Under the pieces are notes generated by a model. That model was not told where the DNA came from and searched no databases. It was given only the letters and a program-made list of their open reading frames with translations. Positions 45,701 to 55,235 of a DNA stretch of 64,000 bases are shown here, piece by piece. The DNA lies in NCBI GenBank assembly GCA_963783725.1, contig CAWAOJ010000002.1, positions 1,684,459 through 1,748,458 on the forward strand. The letters are read 5' to 3'. A program made the position numbers and the translations under genes. The number at the start of each line of letters is the position of its first letter. Position 1 is the stretch's first letter. The DNA is from an uncultured Chloroflexia bacterium (lineage in GTDB: Bacteria > Chloroflexota > Limnocylindria > QHBO01).

Positions 45701-47236
45701 CGGTCGCCACTCGCCGCGCGGCGCAGGCAGCCGATCTTCGGTCGGCTCGGGGGCTTCCGGTGATTCCGCCTCCGCCGGCTCCCCCGGCGCTGCTGCGGCG
45801 TGGAGCGCGGTCTCCCCGACCCGCTCGTCAGAGGGCCGCCGTGCCACGGCAAGCGCCCTTGATATCAGCCAGCCGAGGGCAAGGACGATCATGAACGACA
45901 GGAGGTAGACGCCCCAATCGGTGAGCAGCGAGCTCGCCAGCAGCGGGTCGCGCGCCATCGGTTTCCCACCCACCCCCGGGTTCAGGATCTCCGGGCCCGC
46001 GTACGACCAGTCGATGGTGTACGCCCAGTACACGTTCATGAAGAAGGAGAGGCTGAGGACGCCGTACAGCGCGGCCCAGCGCCAGTTGCGCAGCACGAAC
46101 GGTGCGGCGAGCGCCAGCGCCGGGAAGAGGTAGCGCTCGTGGACGCGGGTCGGGAGGACGAAGAACGCCACTGCCAGAACGAGCGTGCCGAGCAGCACCC
46201 CCGGGACATCGTCGCGCCGGGCGATCTGCCACAGCGCCACCACGGCCGCCGCCGCGAAGAGGACCGTGCCGACCAGCTGCCAGCTGACCACCAGGCCGCC
46301 GAGCGTGAACGCGACGCCGCCGGCACATCCCTCGCCGCCCGGTCCGGCGGCCACGTCGCAGCCCCACGCCACCGCGCTGCCGAGCCCGCTGAAGGGATTG
46401 CGCCAGAGGTTGAAGGCGTTGATCGAGAGGCCGGTGTACGTGCCTGCCGCCTCGGCCACCTTGCCGACCAGGCTGGGGACCGCCGGGTCGGGCGACCAGA
46501 GAGTCAGACCGAAGGGCAGGATCAGCAGCGTCAGCGAGCCGAACCCGGCGGCCAGCGAGGTGAGGACCCGCAGCGGATCGGGCCGGCCGTCGAGGGCGAG
46601 GTCGCTGGACCGCCCCAGAAGGTGGCGCCGCAAGCCCACCACGGCGACCACGGGGATCAGGAAGCCGAACTGAAACTTGACCAGCAGCGCGACCACCGCC
46701 CCGACCGCGGCGACCTCCGTCCATCCGCGGCCCAGGAAGTAGATCGTGGCGAGGACGACCAGCGTGCCGACCGAGTCGACCTGGCCCCACACCGATGAGT
46801 CGAAGATCGTCCCCGGGTTGAACAGGTAGATCGTGGCGGCGACCAGGCCGATGGTCTCCCCGGATCGGCCGAAGCGCCCGTCCAGGAAGCGCCGGCTGAG
46901 CGCGAACAGCAGCCCCGCCACTCCCAGGTCGGAGAGGATGCCCGGGATCTTCACCAACCCGGCGGTTGCGTCCTGGCCGACGACCCCGGTGAGCGCGGCG
47001 CCGAGCTTCCCCAGCACCCACAGGACGTACAGGTAGCCGGGCGGATAATCGCTGAAGTAGTCGGTTGCGTAGAATGCGCCGGGACCGCCACGTGCGAGCC
47101 GCTGCGCCCAGGCGGTGAAGTCGACGATGTCGATGCGAAAGCCGCTCTGTGGCAGGTAGACGCCGGCAATGAAGCCCCGCAGGAGCAGCGCGAGCAGCAT
47201 GAGACCAACCAGGATCGCGACCGGGTCGGCGTGCAA
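42628..47236 (-). pseudogene. giant GT-C glycosyltransferase: N-terminal Gpi18/ALG-like GT-C module fused to a GT39 (PMT) protein O-mannosyltransferase; frame broken once near 44922-44940
   Basis: - N-module: DYFSDYPPGYLY, HERYLFPA.
- GT39 part from Met at 45646: MHFDEVYHARSA, EWTHPMLAKYLIAAG, then a ~360-aa insert, AFAWRLMGIVFG, SKWVGWYAL, YHF...GHPSSSPWWSWP.
- No stop separates the modules.
- The start is uncertain (TTG 47236; GTGs at 47272-47371).
- The 3' end overlaps pspC by 144 nt. Confidence 0.7.
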
Positions 47237-47341
47237 TCCGTGCTCGAATGGCCTCGCTCCGCGTGCGCGCACGGAGTCGCGTGTGGTCGCGGGCGGCCCC
47301 GCGTTCACGGGCGCCCGAAGGTGTCGCACGGCAAGGTGGCG

Positions 47342-48988
47342 GTGAGTATACCCCGCGACCGCGGGGATCACGCTCCACAGACAGGCGCGACGACCGCCGC
47401 GCGACGGTCACGCGTCCGCGCTTCGTGGATCCCGTACGCCTCGGCCGAAGTCGCCTGGACGGCCGCCGCGGTCGCCGCGTTCGCGTTCGCGATCTACCTG
47501 CGCACGCTCCTCCCCGGGGCCGGCTTCTGGGACACCGCCGAGGCCCAGACCGTGCCGCACACCCTGTCGATCTTCCACCCGACCGGATTTCCCACCTACA
47601 CCATGGTCGGATGGCTGTGGAGCCAGCTGCCGATCGGCGACGTGGCGTACCGCATGAACCTGATGTCCGCCGTGTGCGTGGCCCTGGCATCGGCGCTGGT
47701 GGTGCTGATCACGGCGCATCTCATCGGGGAGCGGAATCGCCTCCTCGTCGCCGCTGCCTCGGGCGTGGCGGGGCTCACCTTCGCGCTCGCCGATGAGCCG
47801 TGGCAGAACGCGGTGCGCGCCGACGTGCACGCGCTCCACATCCTGATCGCCGGGCTCATCATCTGGCTGCTGCTGGCGTGGGCGGCCGCGGAGCGCAGCG
47901 GTGCCCGGCGTCCCGGTCGCTGGCTGGCGAGCGCGGCGCTGGCCTTCGGCATCGGCATGGGCAACCACCCGCTGACGGGACTGCTCGCCGCCGGGATCGC
48001 ACCCTGGCTCTTCATCGTGGACCCCGGCATCTGGCGACGCTGGAAGCTGCTCCTCGCCTGTGCCGGGATGCTGCTGCTCGGGCTGTTGACCTACCTCTAC
48101 ATCCCCATCCGCGCGCTCACCCCGCCGGAGCCGCCGCTCTTCTACGCCCGACCGACGACGCTCGACCGCATCCGCTATCTCGTCTTCGCCGAGCAGTTCC
48201 ACGGGCTGTTCGACAACTTCGCGAACCCGTTCGACTTCATGGGCAGCAAGTGGCAGAAGGCGGAGCAGGTGCTCGGCGCGCAGATGATCGGGCCCGGCTG
48301 GCTGGTGGTGGCGCTCGGCGCCGCGACCCTCGCCGTGCGCCGCATCGGTGCCTTCGTGTTCCTCGGCCTCATCGTGGCCGCGAACGTCTTCTACTCGCTC
48401 AACTTCCAGGACGGCGACATCGATCGCTACTACATGACCAGCGTGCTGGTGGCGTGCGCGCTGCTCGGCGTCGCCGTCGCCGCCTTCGCGGCGCTGTGCG
48501 CCCGCGCCGTCGCCGAGGCGAGCCGAAGGAGCGCCGGCATTGGGGGGCGTCGTCGCCTGGCCAGCGTGGCGGGCGGCACGGTCGTGCTGCTGTCGGCGAT
48601 CCTGCCCGTCGGCTCCCTGGTCAGCGGCTACGAGGCCCACGACCAGAGCCACAACCGCGACGCCGACCGCTGGACGGAGAGCGTCTACGCCGCGCTGCCT
48701 CGCGATGCGGTGATCATCAGCTGGTGGAGCTACAGCACGCCGCTGTGGTACCACCGCTGGATCCTCGGCGAGCGCCCGGACGTGAAGATCATCGACGAGC
48801 GCAACATCCTCGACGACGGCTACGGGACCATCGACACCGCGATCCGCGCGTTCATCGGCAGGCGCCCGGTCTACGTGGTGCCGCCGCCGTGGGAGGTGGA
48901 TCGGCTGCGCCGCGCCTTCCCGAGCACCGATGTCCCGACCTACGGTGGCTATAGTGGCCTTCTCCGCATCGAGGAGCCCTCGACTTGA
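47342..48988 (+). CDS. DUF2723 (TMEM260-like) GT-C membrane glycosyltransferase
   Basis: Motifs GFWDTAEAQTVPHTLSIFHPTGFPTYTMVGWLW, AYRMNLMSAV and GMGNHP in a polytopic protein. The start is uncertain (GTG 47336/47342; the longest ORF starts at 47231). Confidence 0.7.
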   Translation: MSIPRDRGDHAPQTGATTAARRSRVRASWIPYASAEVAWTAAAVAAFAFAIYLRTLLPGAGFWDTAEAQTVPHTLSIFHPTGFPTYTMVGWLWSQLPIGDVAYRMNLMSAVCVALASALVVLITAHLIGERNRLLVAAASGVAGLTFALADEPWQNAVRADVHALHILIAGLIIWLLLAWAAAERSGARRPGRWLASAALAFGIGMGNHPLTGLLAAGIAPWLFIVDPGIWRRWKLLLACAGMLLLGLLTYLYIPIRALTPPEPPLFYARPTTLDRIRYLVFAEQFHGLFDNFANPFDFMGSKWQKAEQVLGAQMIGPGWLVVALGAATLAVRRIGAFVFLGLIVAANVFYSLNFQDGDIDRYYMTSVLVACALLGVAVAAFAALCARAVAEASRRSAGIGGRRRLASVAGGTVVLLSAILPVGSLVSGYEAHDQSHNRDADRWTESVYAALPRDAVIISWWSYSTPLWYHRWILGERPDVKIIDERNILDDGYGTIDTAIRAFIGRRPVYVVPPPWEVDRLRRAFPSTDVPTYGGYSGLLRIEEPST

Positions 48989-49747
48989 CCCCTCGACTCG
49001 ATGGTGCCCGGCCGGCACTGACGTTCTTCTTCCCCGCGTTCAACGAGCAGGAGAACGTCGCCGAGACGATCCGGCGCGCCCTCGACGAGGTGGGCCCGAT
49101 GGTCGACGGCTCGATCGAGGTCCTGGTCGTCGACGACGGGTCCACCGATCGCACCGCGGAGCTCGCCGACGCCATCGCGGCCGCCGATCCACGGGTCCGC
49201 GTCCATCACCAGCCCAATCGCGGCTACGGCGGAGCGCTGCGGGCGGGATTCGCGAACGCGCGTGGCGAGCTCATCTGCTTCTCGGACGGCGACCTGCAGT
49301 TCGACCTGCGCGAGATGTCGCGACTGCTCGAGCGGCTGCGCGGCGGGCTCCAAGCCGGTCGACGTCGTGATCGGCTATCGGATCCGTCGGCGCGACCCGG
49401 CTCACCGCATCTTCATCGCCAAGACGTACAACGCCATCGTCTCGGTCCTGTTCGGCCTGCGCGTCCGCGACATCGACTGCGCCATGAAGCTCTTCCGCCG
49501 CGAGGTGTTCGACGGGCTGCCGCTCGACACCGATTCGCCGTTCCTGTCGGCCGAGCTGCTGATCAAGCTCCGCGCGCGCGGCGCGAGGATCGCGCAGGTC
49601 GGCGTGACGCACTACCCGCGCGGCGCCGGCACGAACACCGGCGCCAGCTTCCGCAAGATCCTGCGCACGTTCCGCGACATCTTCCGCCTGAGGTGGGAGA
49701 TGTGGGTCAACCGGCGCGCGGCGCTCGGGGTGCCTCCGGCGCGCTGA
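48985..49747 (+). pseudogene. GT2 polyprenol-phosphate sugar (mannose/glucose) synthase, frame broken once near 49340-49350
   Basis: The N-half (FFPAFNEQENV, VVDDGSTDRT, NRGYGGALRAGF, FSDGDLQF) is in the frame of ORF 48985-49815. The C-half (VDVVIGYRIRRRD, RDIDCAMKLFRREV, FLSAELLIK) is in the frame of ORF 49262-49747. The TTG start overlaps the upstream stop. Confidence 0.75.
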
Positions 49748-49750
49748 GCG

Positions 49751-50302
49751 TCAGGAGGAGGACTCCTCCGGCGGCGGGCTGCCGCGGCCCTCGAGGTCCA
49801 CGTCCAGCGAGTTGACGAACTCGCGGAAGACGGCGAGCTTCTCGTCGCTTGGCCCGCCCCCCTCATCCTGCTCGGGCTCCACGCCCGCCTCGTCGAGCAC
49901 GCGCTCGTCCACGTAGATGGTGGACCCGGTGCGCACGGCGACCGCGATCGCGTCCGACGTCCGCGAGTCGATCTCGGACTCCGCCCCGTCCGCGGCCTCC
50001 AGGTAGACCCGGGCGTGGAAGGTCCCATCGGTCACATGGGTGACGACCACGCGGCTGATTCGCGAGCCGAGCGCGGCGACCACGCTCACCAGCAGGTCGT
50101 GCGTCAGCGGCCGCTCCGCGCTGAGGCCCTGCAGGCGCATGGCGATGGCGTTGGCTTCGGAAGGACCGATCCAGATCGGCAGGTATCGGTCCGTATCGGC
50201 CTGCTTGAGGATGACGACGTGCTGGCTCGACAGCATGTGGACCCGCACGCTCTCCACCACCATCTCGATCAGCCGCACGCGGCCGAATGGCTGCTCGCCC
50301 AT
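49751..50302 (-). CDS. bifunctional nuclease (BFN/DUF151) family protein
   Basis: HVVILKQADTDRYLPIWIGPSEANAIAMRLQG...RPLTHDL...GTFHARVYL is the typical DUF151 core. Confidence 0.8.
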   Translation of the reverse strand: MGEQPFGRVRLIEMVVESVRVHMLSSQHVVILKQADTDRYLPIWIGPSEANAIAMRLQGLSAERPLTHDLLVSVVAALGSRISRVVVTHVTDGTFHARVYLEAADGAESEIDSRTSDAIAVAVRTGSTIYVDERVLDEAGVEPEQDEGGGPSDEKLAVFREFVNSLDVDLEGRGSPPPEESSS

Positions 50303-50319
50303 GGACCGATTCTAGACGC

Positions 50320-52542
50320 CTATTCGAGGACGACGCGAACGACCCGGTCTGGCGTGAGGAGATAGGCCGCAGGCGGGCCGTCGGCCGCGCTCACCACGTC
50401 GAAGCCGATCACATGGTCGAGCAGTCCCGCGTTCGCACCGCTGGTCGGCGCCATCCACTGCCGGACGAAGCCGCCATCGGCGTACCCGAAGCCGATGATC
50501 CGCGCGTTCGCCGCGTCGTACACGTACAGGTAGTCGCGGTCGCCCACGGTGGCGCCGTCGAGCAGCCGGTAGTCGAGCGACGGTCGCACCTCGCCGTCGG
50601 GCGGCAGGTCGAGCGAGTAGTCCGCCTGCGACAGCGGCGTACCGAAGTTGACGCGGGTGACCGTCTTCGGGTGCAGCAGCCACAGGTGGGTGTCCACCAT
50701 CACGTCCCGCGCATCGGCAGCGGGCAGGTCGGGACGCGCCGAGAGGTAGTTCGTCGGCTTGTGCGGAAAGACGACGGGGAGCGTGTCCAGCGGCCCCCAC
50801 TTGACCACCTGGCCGCTCTTGGCGTCCACGAGGTAGAGGTTGAAGATCTGCAGCGGAGGCCGATGCTGCAGCGCGGCCAAGAGGTGGCTGCCGGCGTCGA
50901 CCTGCTCGATGCCCGCCAGCGGCATGCGATGCGGGACCTGCTGCTTCAGATCCACGCGCCACGCCTGGCGCTGGCGATCGACGATGACGACGTCCGTCGC
51001 GGCCGTGGCGATCAGCCAGGGATCGCCGGCCGTCGCGCTGCCGAGCCTCTGCCCGGCGCGGTAGACGACCTTCGTCGTCCGTGCGCTCGGGTCCACGCGC
51101 AGCACGCGCCCGCGGCCGGCGTCGCTGATCCAGAGCGAGCCGTCGCTGGCGGTCACCATGCGCGACGGGTCCACGTCCGCGACCGACGCGGCCAGGTCGG
51201 CGACCGTCGACGCCTCGTTGATCCGCGTCACGCGGTAGACCATGTCGAGGCCGTGGTCGACGCGCGACTGCAGCCCGGCGAGCTCCGCCTGCGGGACGCC
51301 TGCGGTCTGCGCGCGGCGCAGCTGGCCGAACGCCTCGTTGAGAAGATCCTTGGCGCGGTCCGGAGCGCGCTCGACGAGGTCGCGACCACCGGACGTCTCC
51401 TCCACGTCGAGCACCAGCTTCTGCGCCCGCGCCAGCGCCTCGCGCGCGATGGCGGCGCGAGGAATCGCATCGGTCGGCCGTGCCGAGGGCAGGCTTGCGA
51501 CGCTCGTCCCCGCCGCCAGCAGGCCGGCGACCACCACCATGGCCAGCAGCCCGAGCCGCCGGCGTCGTCCCTGCTCGCGCAGTGCGGTTCGCGGCACGCT
51601 CTTCGGATACGACGGACGGCGGCGCGGGACGAAGGCGAGGACCCAGCTCATCAGCCGCAGCAGGAACGCCCCGAGCCACCCCTGGGCCGCGTCGATGCCG
51701 TCGCCGAGCCGATGCAGCAAGCGGCCCAGCGCATCCGCGAGCGGGACCGGGCTCTGATCGGGGAGCCCCGCCAGCGGCTCCGCGGCTCGCACCGGCTCGA
51801 GATGGTGCACCGTGGTCGTCGCCTCGAGGCTGGTGATCTCGATGGCGAGCAGTCCGTCCGAACCGCGACCGCCGCGCGCGTTGAAGAGGTGCTGCAGGTG
51901 CTCCACCGCCGCCTGAGGCCGCTGCGTGGCGATGGCGCGCTTCAGCTCCTCCACGCCGACCGCGTGCGCCATGTTGCGGCTGACCAGGGCGATGTGATCC
52001 CCCGCCGCCAGCTCGCCTTCCCAGGCGTAGGGCTGGATCTCGAGCGCCTCCCCCAGCGTCGCCGCGATCCGCCGCTCGCGCACCCGCGGGTCCTCCTCGT
52101 GAACCGGGGGCGGCGGAGGCAGCTCGTACATCCGGCCGCCCCGGACGAGGACGGCGGCGGCGGGTCCCAGCTTCGCGACGTGCAGCTCGCGGCCGCGGAC
52201 GACGACGGCGATGACGCTGATCCCCGTGCGGCGCGGTATGCCGAGCTTCGAGCGGGCGTGGTAGAGGCGCCGGTTGGCGTTGGCGAGCGCCCTGGACAGC
52301 ACGCCCAGCGCGCCGGCAGAGAGGTCGTAGTAGTAGTCGTGCTCGAGGGCCTCGAGGGCCTCCCGCGTCGCGCGCTCGACCCCGGCGCTGCCGCCGGTGA
52401 TCTGGGCCAGCAGGTAGAGGCTGCCCTTGGTGCGCGCCAGCGCGCCAACCGACGGCTCGTTGTAGCGGACGACGTCGCGCGCGCCGGTCGGCCGTTCCTC
52501 TGGAACCAGCAGTCCGATACGGGTCGCGAGACGGTTGCTCAT
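50320..52542 (-). CDS. membrane protein: degenerate PP2C-like domain + TM + C-terminal beta-propeller-like domain
   Basis: ORF trimmed to ATG 52542. The N-domain is colinear with a PPM fold, but the metal-binding Asp motifs are replaced (AQITGGSAG, KLGPAAA, VSRNM). A central TM segment (LGLLAMVVVAGLLAAG) follows. The C-terminal ~330 aa has repeated strand motifs. Confidence 0.6.
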   Translation of the reverse strand: MSNRLATRIGLLVPEERPTGARDVVRYNEPSVGALARTKGSLYLLAQITGGSAGVERATREALEALEHDYYYDLSAGALGVLSRALANANRRLYHARSKLGIPRRTGISVIAVVVRGRELHVAKLGPAAAVLVRGGRMYELPPPPPVHEEDPRVRERRIAATLGEALEIQPYAWEGELAAGDHIALVSRNMAHAVGVEELKRAIATQRPQAAVEHLQHLFNARGGRGSDGLLAIEITSLEATTTVHHLEPVRAAEPLAGLPDQSPVPLADALGRLLHRLGDGIDAAQGWLGAFLLRLMSWVLAFVPRRRPSYPKSVPRTALREQGRRRRLGLLAMVVVAGLLAAGTSVASLPSARPTDAIPRAAIAREALARAQKLVLDVEETSGGRDLVERAPDRAKDLLNEAFGQLRRAQTAGVPQAELAGLQSRVDHGLDMVYRVTRINEASTVADLAASVADVDPSRMVTASDGSLWISDAGRGRVLRVDPSARTTKVVYRAGQRLGSATAGDPWLIATAATDVVIVDRQRQAWRVDLKQQVPHRMPLAGIEQVDAGSHLLAALQHRPPLQIFNLYLVDAKSGQVVKWGPLDTLPVVFPHKPTNYLSARPDLPAADARDVMVDTHLWLLHPKTVTRVNFGTPLSQADYSLDLPPDGEVRPSLDYRLLDGATVGDRDYLYVYDAANARIIGFGYADGGFVRQWMAPTSGANAGLLDHVIGFDVVSAADGPPAAYLLTPDRVVRVVLE

Positions 52543-52571
52543 GGGTGCCACGGACGGCGGAATTCGTCCGA

Positions 52572-52919
52572 TTATATGGTCCGATCCGCCTCCGCACGAC
52601 CAACCGATACGGCCACCCGCCGCAGCTCGATGGTAGCCCCCGGCCGGCCGCGCATGGCCTGGTTCACGGCCCACACCAGCGCCTCGGCGCGCAGCGTCAG
52701 CTCCTGCGCCAGCATGCCGTCAGAGGCCTCCACCCGCGCCGTGCCGGCGCTGACGGTCACCACCCGGCTCGACATGCCCCCGCGGTCCAGGCCGGCCGCA
52801 GCGACCGTCTCCTGCCACGCCACGCGGACCTGCGCCAGCGCGAGCTGCTGGGCGGCCGTCGTTCCCATCGACGAGAGCACCGCCCGGCGCACCGCGGACC
52901 CGGCCTCCTCGCGAGTCAC
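52572..52919 (-). CDS. DUF721 (DciA-like) protein
   Basis: 115 aa, with a GTG start overlapping the recF stop (GTGA). The position after recF and the motif VSAGTARVEASDGMLAQELTLRAEAL are typical of DUF721. Confidence 0.7.
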   Translation of the reverse strand: MTREEAGSAVRRAVLSSMGTTAAQQLALAQVRVAWQETVAAAGLDRGGMSSRVVTVSAGTARVEASDGMLAQELTLRAEALVWAVNQAMRGRPGATIELRRVAVSVGRAEADRTI

Positions 52920-54082
52920 GCGACCCTCGGCGCCAGCGTCAGGCGGCCGTCGTCCACGTGCCAGACCGGCACCCCACGCCGGTGCCGCGCGGACACCGCC
53001 GCGAGATCGGCGGTCGTCACCAGCACCTGCCCGTGCTCCAGCAGCAGCGACAGCGTGCGCTCGGCGCGATCGGCATCGAGCTCGCTGAACACGTCGTCGA
53101 GCAGCACGATCGGCGCCGGCGCCCCGCCCGCGGCCAGGAGCTTCGTCTCGGCGAGCTTGAGGGCGAGGATCAGGGTCCGCTGCTGCCCGCGGCTGGCGTG
53201 CTCCGCGACGTCCCGCCCGCCCAGCGCGACGCGCAGGTCGTCTCGCTGCGGCCCCACCAGGGTCATGCCGTTCCACAGCTCGCGCTGGCGAACGTCGGCG
53301 ACGCGTCGCCTGAACGGCGTTGCGAGCTCTTCGGCCGATGCGGGCAGCCCCCGCGCGGTCCAGGCGTCGCCGAGCGAATCGACGTAGGCCAGCTCGACCG
53401 CCTGCGTGGCATCGTCGGCGGGCGCGACGGCGGCATGCAGCGGTCCGATGCGCTGGCGCAGCTCGTCCACGAGCGCCAGCCGCGCGGCCATCACCCGCGA
53501 TCCGATGGCGACCAGCTGCTCGTCCCAGAACGGCATCCCCTCCGGTCCGGCTTCCTCGCGGCGGATGGCGCGCAGCAGCGCGTTGCGCTGCGTCAGGACT
53601 CGCTGCAGATCGGTCAGGTCGCGGGCCGCACGACGGTCCCGCTGCGCGAGGATGCCGTCCATGAAGCGTCGCCGCTCCGAGGGCGAGCCGACCAGCAGCA
53701 GCATCTCCTCGGGGCGGAACATGACCGCCCGTGCCACGTCCGCCACGCTGGATGCCCGGCGCGGAACGCCGTTGACGGTGAGCCGCTTGCGCACCTCGCC
53801 GGTCGAGCCCGGACCGGGCAGCAGGAGCTCGATGCGCGCGGGTCCGCCCCCGTCATCGGAGAGGTCGAGCCTGACACGCGCCCACGGGGAGCCGTGGCGC
53901 ACCAGCTCGTGCTCGACGCCGGCGCGATGCGATCGGCCGCTGATCGCGACGAAGATCGCCTCGAGCAGGTTCGTCTTGCCGGCGCCGTTCGGCCCCGCCA
54001 CCACGGTCAGGCCGCGATCCAGCAGCAGCTCCGCGCTGGCGTAGCTCCGGAAGTCCTGCAGCGCCAGCCGGGTCAGGGGCAC
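52916..54082 (-). CDS. recF: DNA replication and repair protein RecF
   Basis: L.L.DFRSY, Walker A GPNGAGKTNLLEAI, signature SRGQQRT, and Walker B VLLDDVFSELD. I chose GTG 54082 as the start; the ORF extends to 54211 across the dnaN end. Confidence 0.9.
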   Translation of the reverse strand: MPLTRLALQDFRSYASAELLLDRGLTVVAGPNGAGKTNLLEAIFVAISGRSHRAGVEHELVRHGSPWARVRLDLSDDGGGPARIELLLPGPGSTGEVRKRLTVNGVPRRASSVADVARAVMFRPEEMLLLVGSPSERRRFMDGILAQRDRRAARDLTDLQRVLTQRNALLRAIRREEAGPEGMPFWDEQLVAIGSRVMAARLALVDELRQRIGPLHAAVAPADDATQAVELAYVDSLGDAWTARGLPASAEELATPFRRRVADVRQRELWNGMTLVGPQRDDLRVALGGRDVAEHASRGQQRTLILALKLAETKLLAAGGAPAPIVLLDDVFSELDADRAERTLSLLLEHGQVLVTTADLAAVSARHRRGVPVWHVDDGRLTLAPRVA

Positions 54083-54104
54083 GGTCGGTTGGGCGAGGCG
54101 CCGC

Positions 54105-55235
54105 TCAGGAAGCGGTGCGCACCGGCATGATGACGTGGACGTAGTCGTCCTTGCCGACCCCGCGCACCACGCCGGGGGCAAGCGGGCCCGAGAGCTCCAG
54201 CGCCGCCTCATCGCTGCCCAGGTTGGCGAGCACGTCCATCAGGTAGCGCGCGTTGAACGCGATGGAGGTGGGCGAGCCGGTGACGGTGGCCTCCAGAGTG
54301 TCCGCGTTGTCGCCCACGTCCGCCGCGTGGGCGCTGATCGCGACGCCCTCGCCGTTCGACGACTCTCCGCCGAGCTCGATCTTGATGATGTTCGCGCTGT
54401 CGCGCGCGAAGATGCTGGCGCGGCGGGCGCCGGCCAGGAACGCCTCGCGATCGATCACCGCGCGCGACGAGTGCGACTGCGGGATCACCGGCTCGTAGTT
54501 CGGGAACTGGCCCTCGATGAGGCGGCTGACGAGGTCGATCCCCTCCACGTGGAACAGGACCTGGCTCTTGTTGGGTGTCACGGTGATCTCGATCTGCGCA
54601 TCGGCGTCGGGGAGGATGCGGATCAGCTCGGCGTACGAGCGCGCCGGCACGACGATGCTCATCTCCGGACTGACCGGCCTGGAGAGCGTGAGGGAGCGCA
54701 CCGCGATGCGGTAGTTGTCGGCGGCGGCGAGGGTCATGGCGCTGCCCTGGAACCTGGTCAGCACGCCGGTGAGGATCGGCCGGCTCTCGTCGCTTGCCGC
54801 GGCGAAGACGACCTCGGCCAGCGCCTCGCGCAGCAGGCGGGCCTCGACGGTCGTCGCCGGCTCGTCGCCGATGGCCGCCACGACGGGAAACTCGTCCGCA
54901 TCGATGCCCTTGATCGACGAGCGGCTGCCGCCGCAGGTGACCTTCAGCGTCCGGTCGCGCGCCGAGAGCTCCAGGTCGATGCGCTGGTTCGGCAGCGAGG
55001 CGACGAGGTCGGTCAGCAGCTTGGCGGGCACGGTGATCTCGCCCTCCTCGCCGATCTTGCCGGGCACCCAGCAGTTGATCCCGATCTCGAGGTTGGTGGC
55101 GGTGAGCTTCACCCCGGAGTCGCTGGTCTTGAGCAGGACGTTGGCGAGAACGGGCAGGCTGGCACGCGTGCTGACGGCACGGCTCACGATGCCGAGCCCG
55201 CGCGCCAGGTTCTCCTGCATCACCGAGATCTTCAT
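54105..55235 (-). CDS. dnaN: DNA polymerase III subunit beta
   Basis: 376 aa (MKISVMQENLARGL...LPVLANVLL...). It has the three-domain clamp length and sits directly downstream of dnaA/oriC. Confidence 0.92.
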   Translation of the reverse strand: MKISVMQENLARGLGIVSRAVSTRASLPVLANVLLKTSDSGVKLTATNLEIGINCWVPGKIGEEGEITVPAKLLTDLVASLPNQRIDLELSARDRTLKVTCGGSRSSIKGIDADEFPVVAAIGDEPATTVEARLLREALAEVVFAAASDESRPILTGVLTRFQGSAMTLAAADNYRIAVRSLTLSRPVSPEMSIVVPARSYAELIRILPDADAQIEITVTPNKSQVLFHVEGIDLVSRLIEGQFPNYEPVIPQSHSSRAVIDREAFLAGARRASIFARDSANIIKIELGGESSNGEGVAISAHAADVGDNADTLEATVTGSPTSIAFNARYLMDVLANLGSDEAALELSGPLAPGVVRGVGKDDYVHVIMPVRTAS

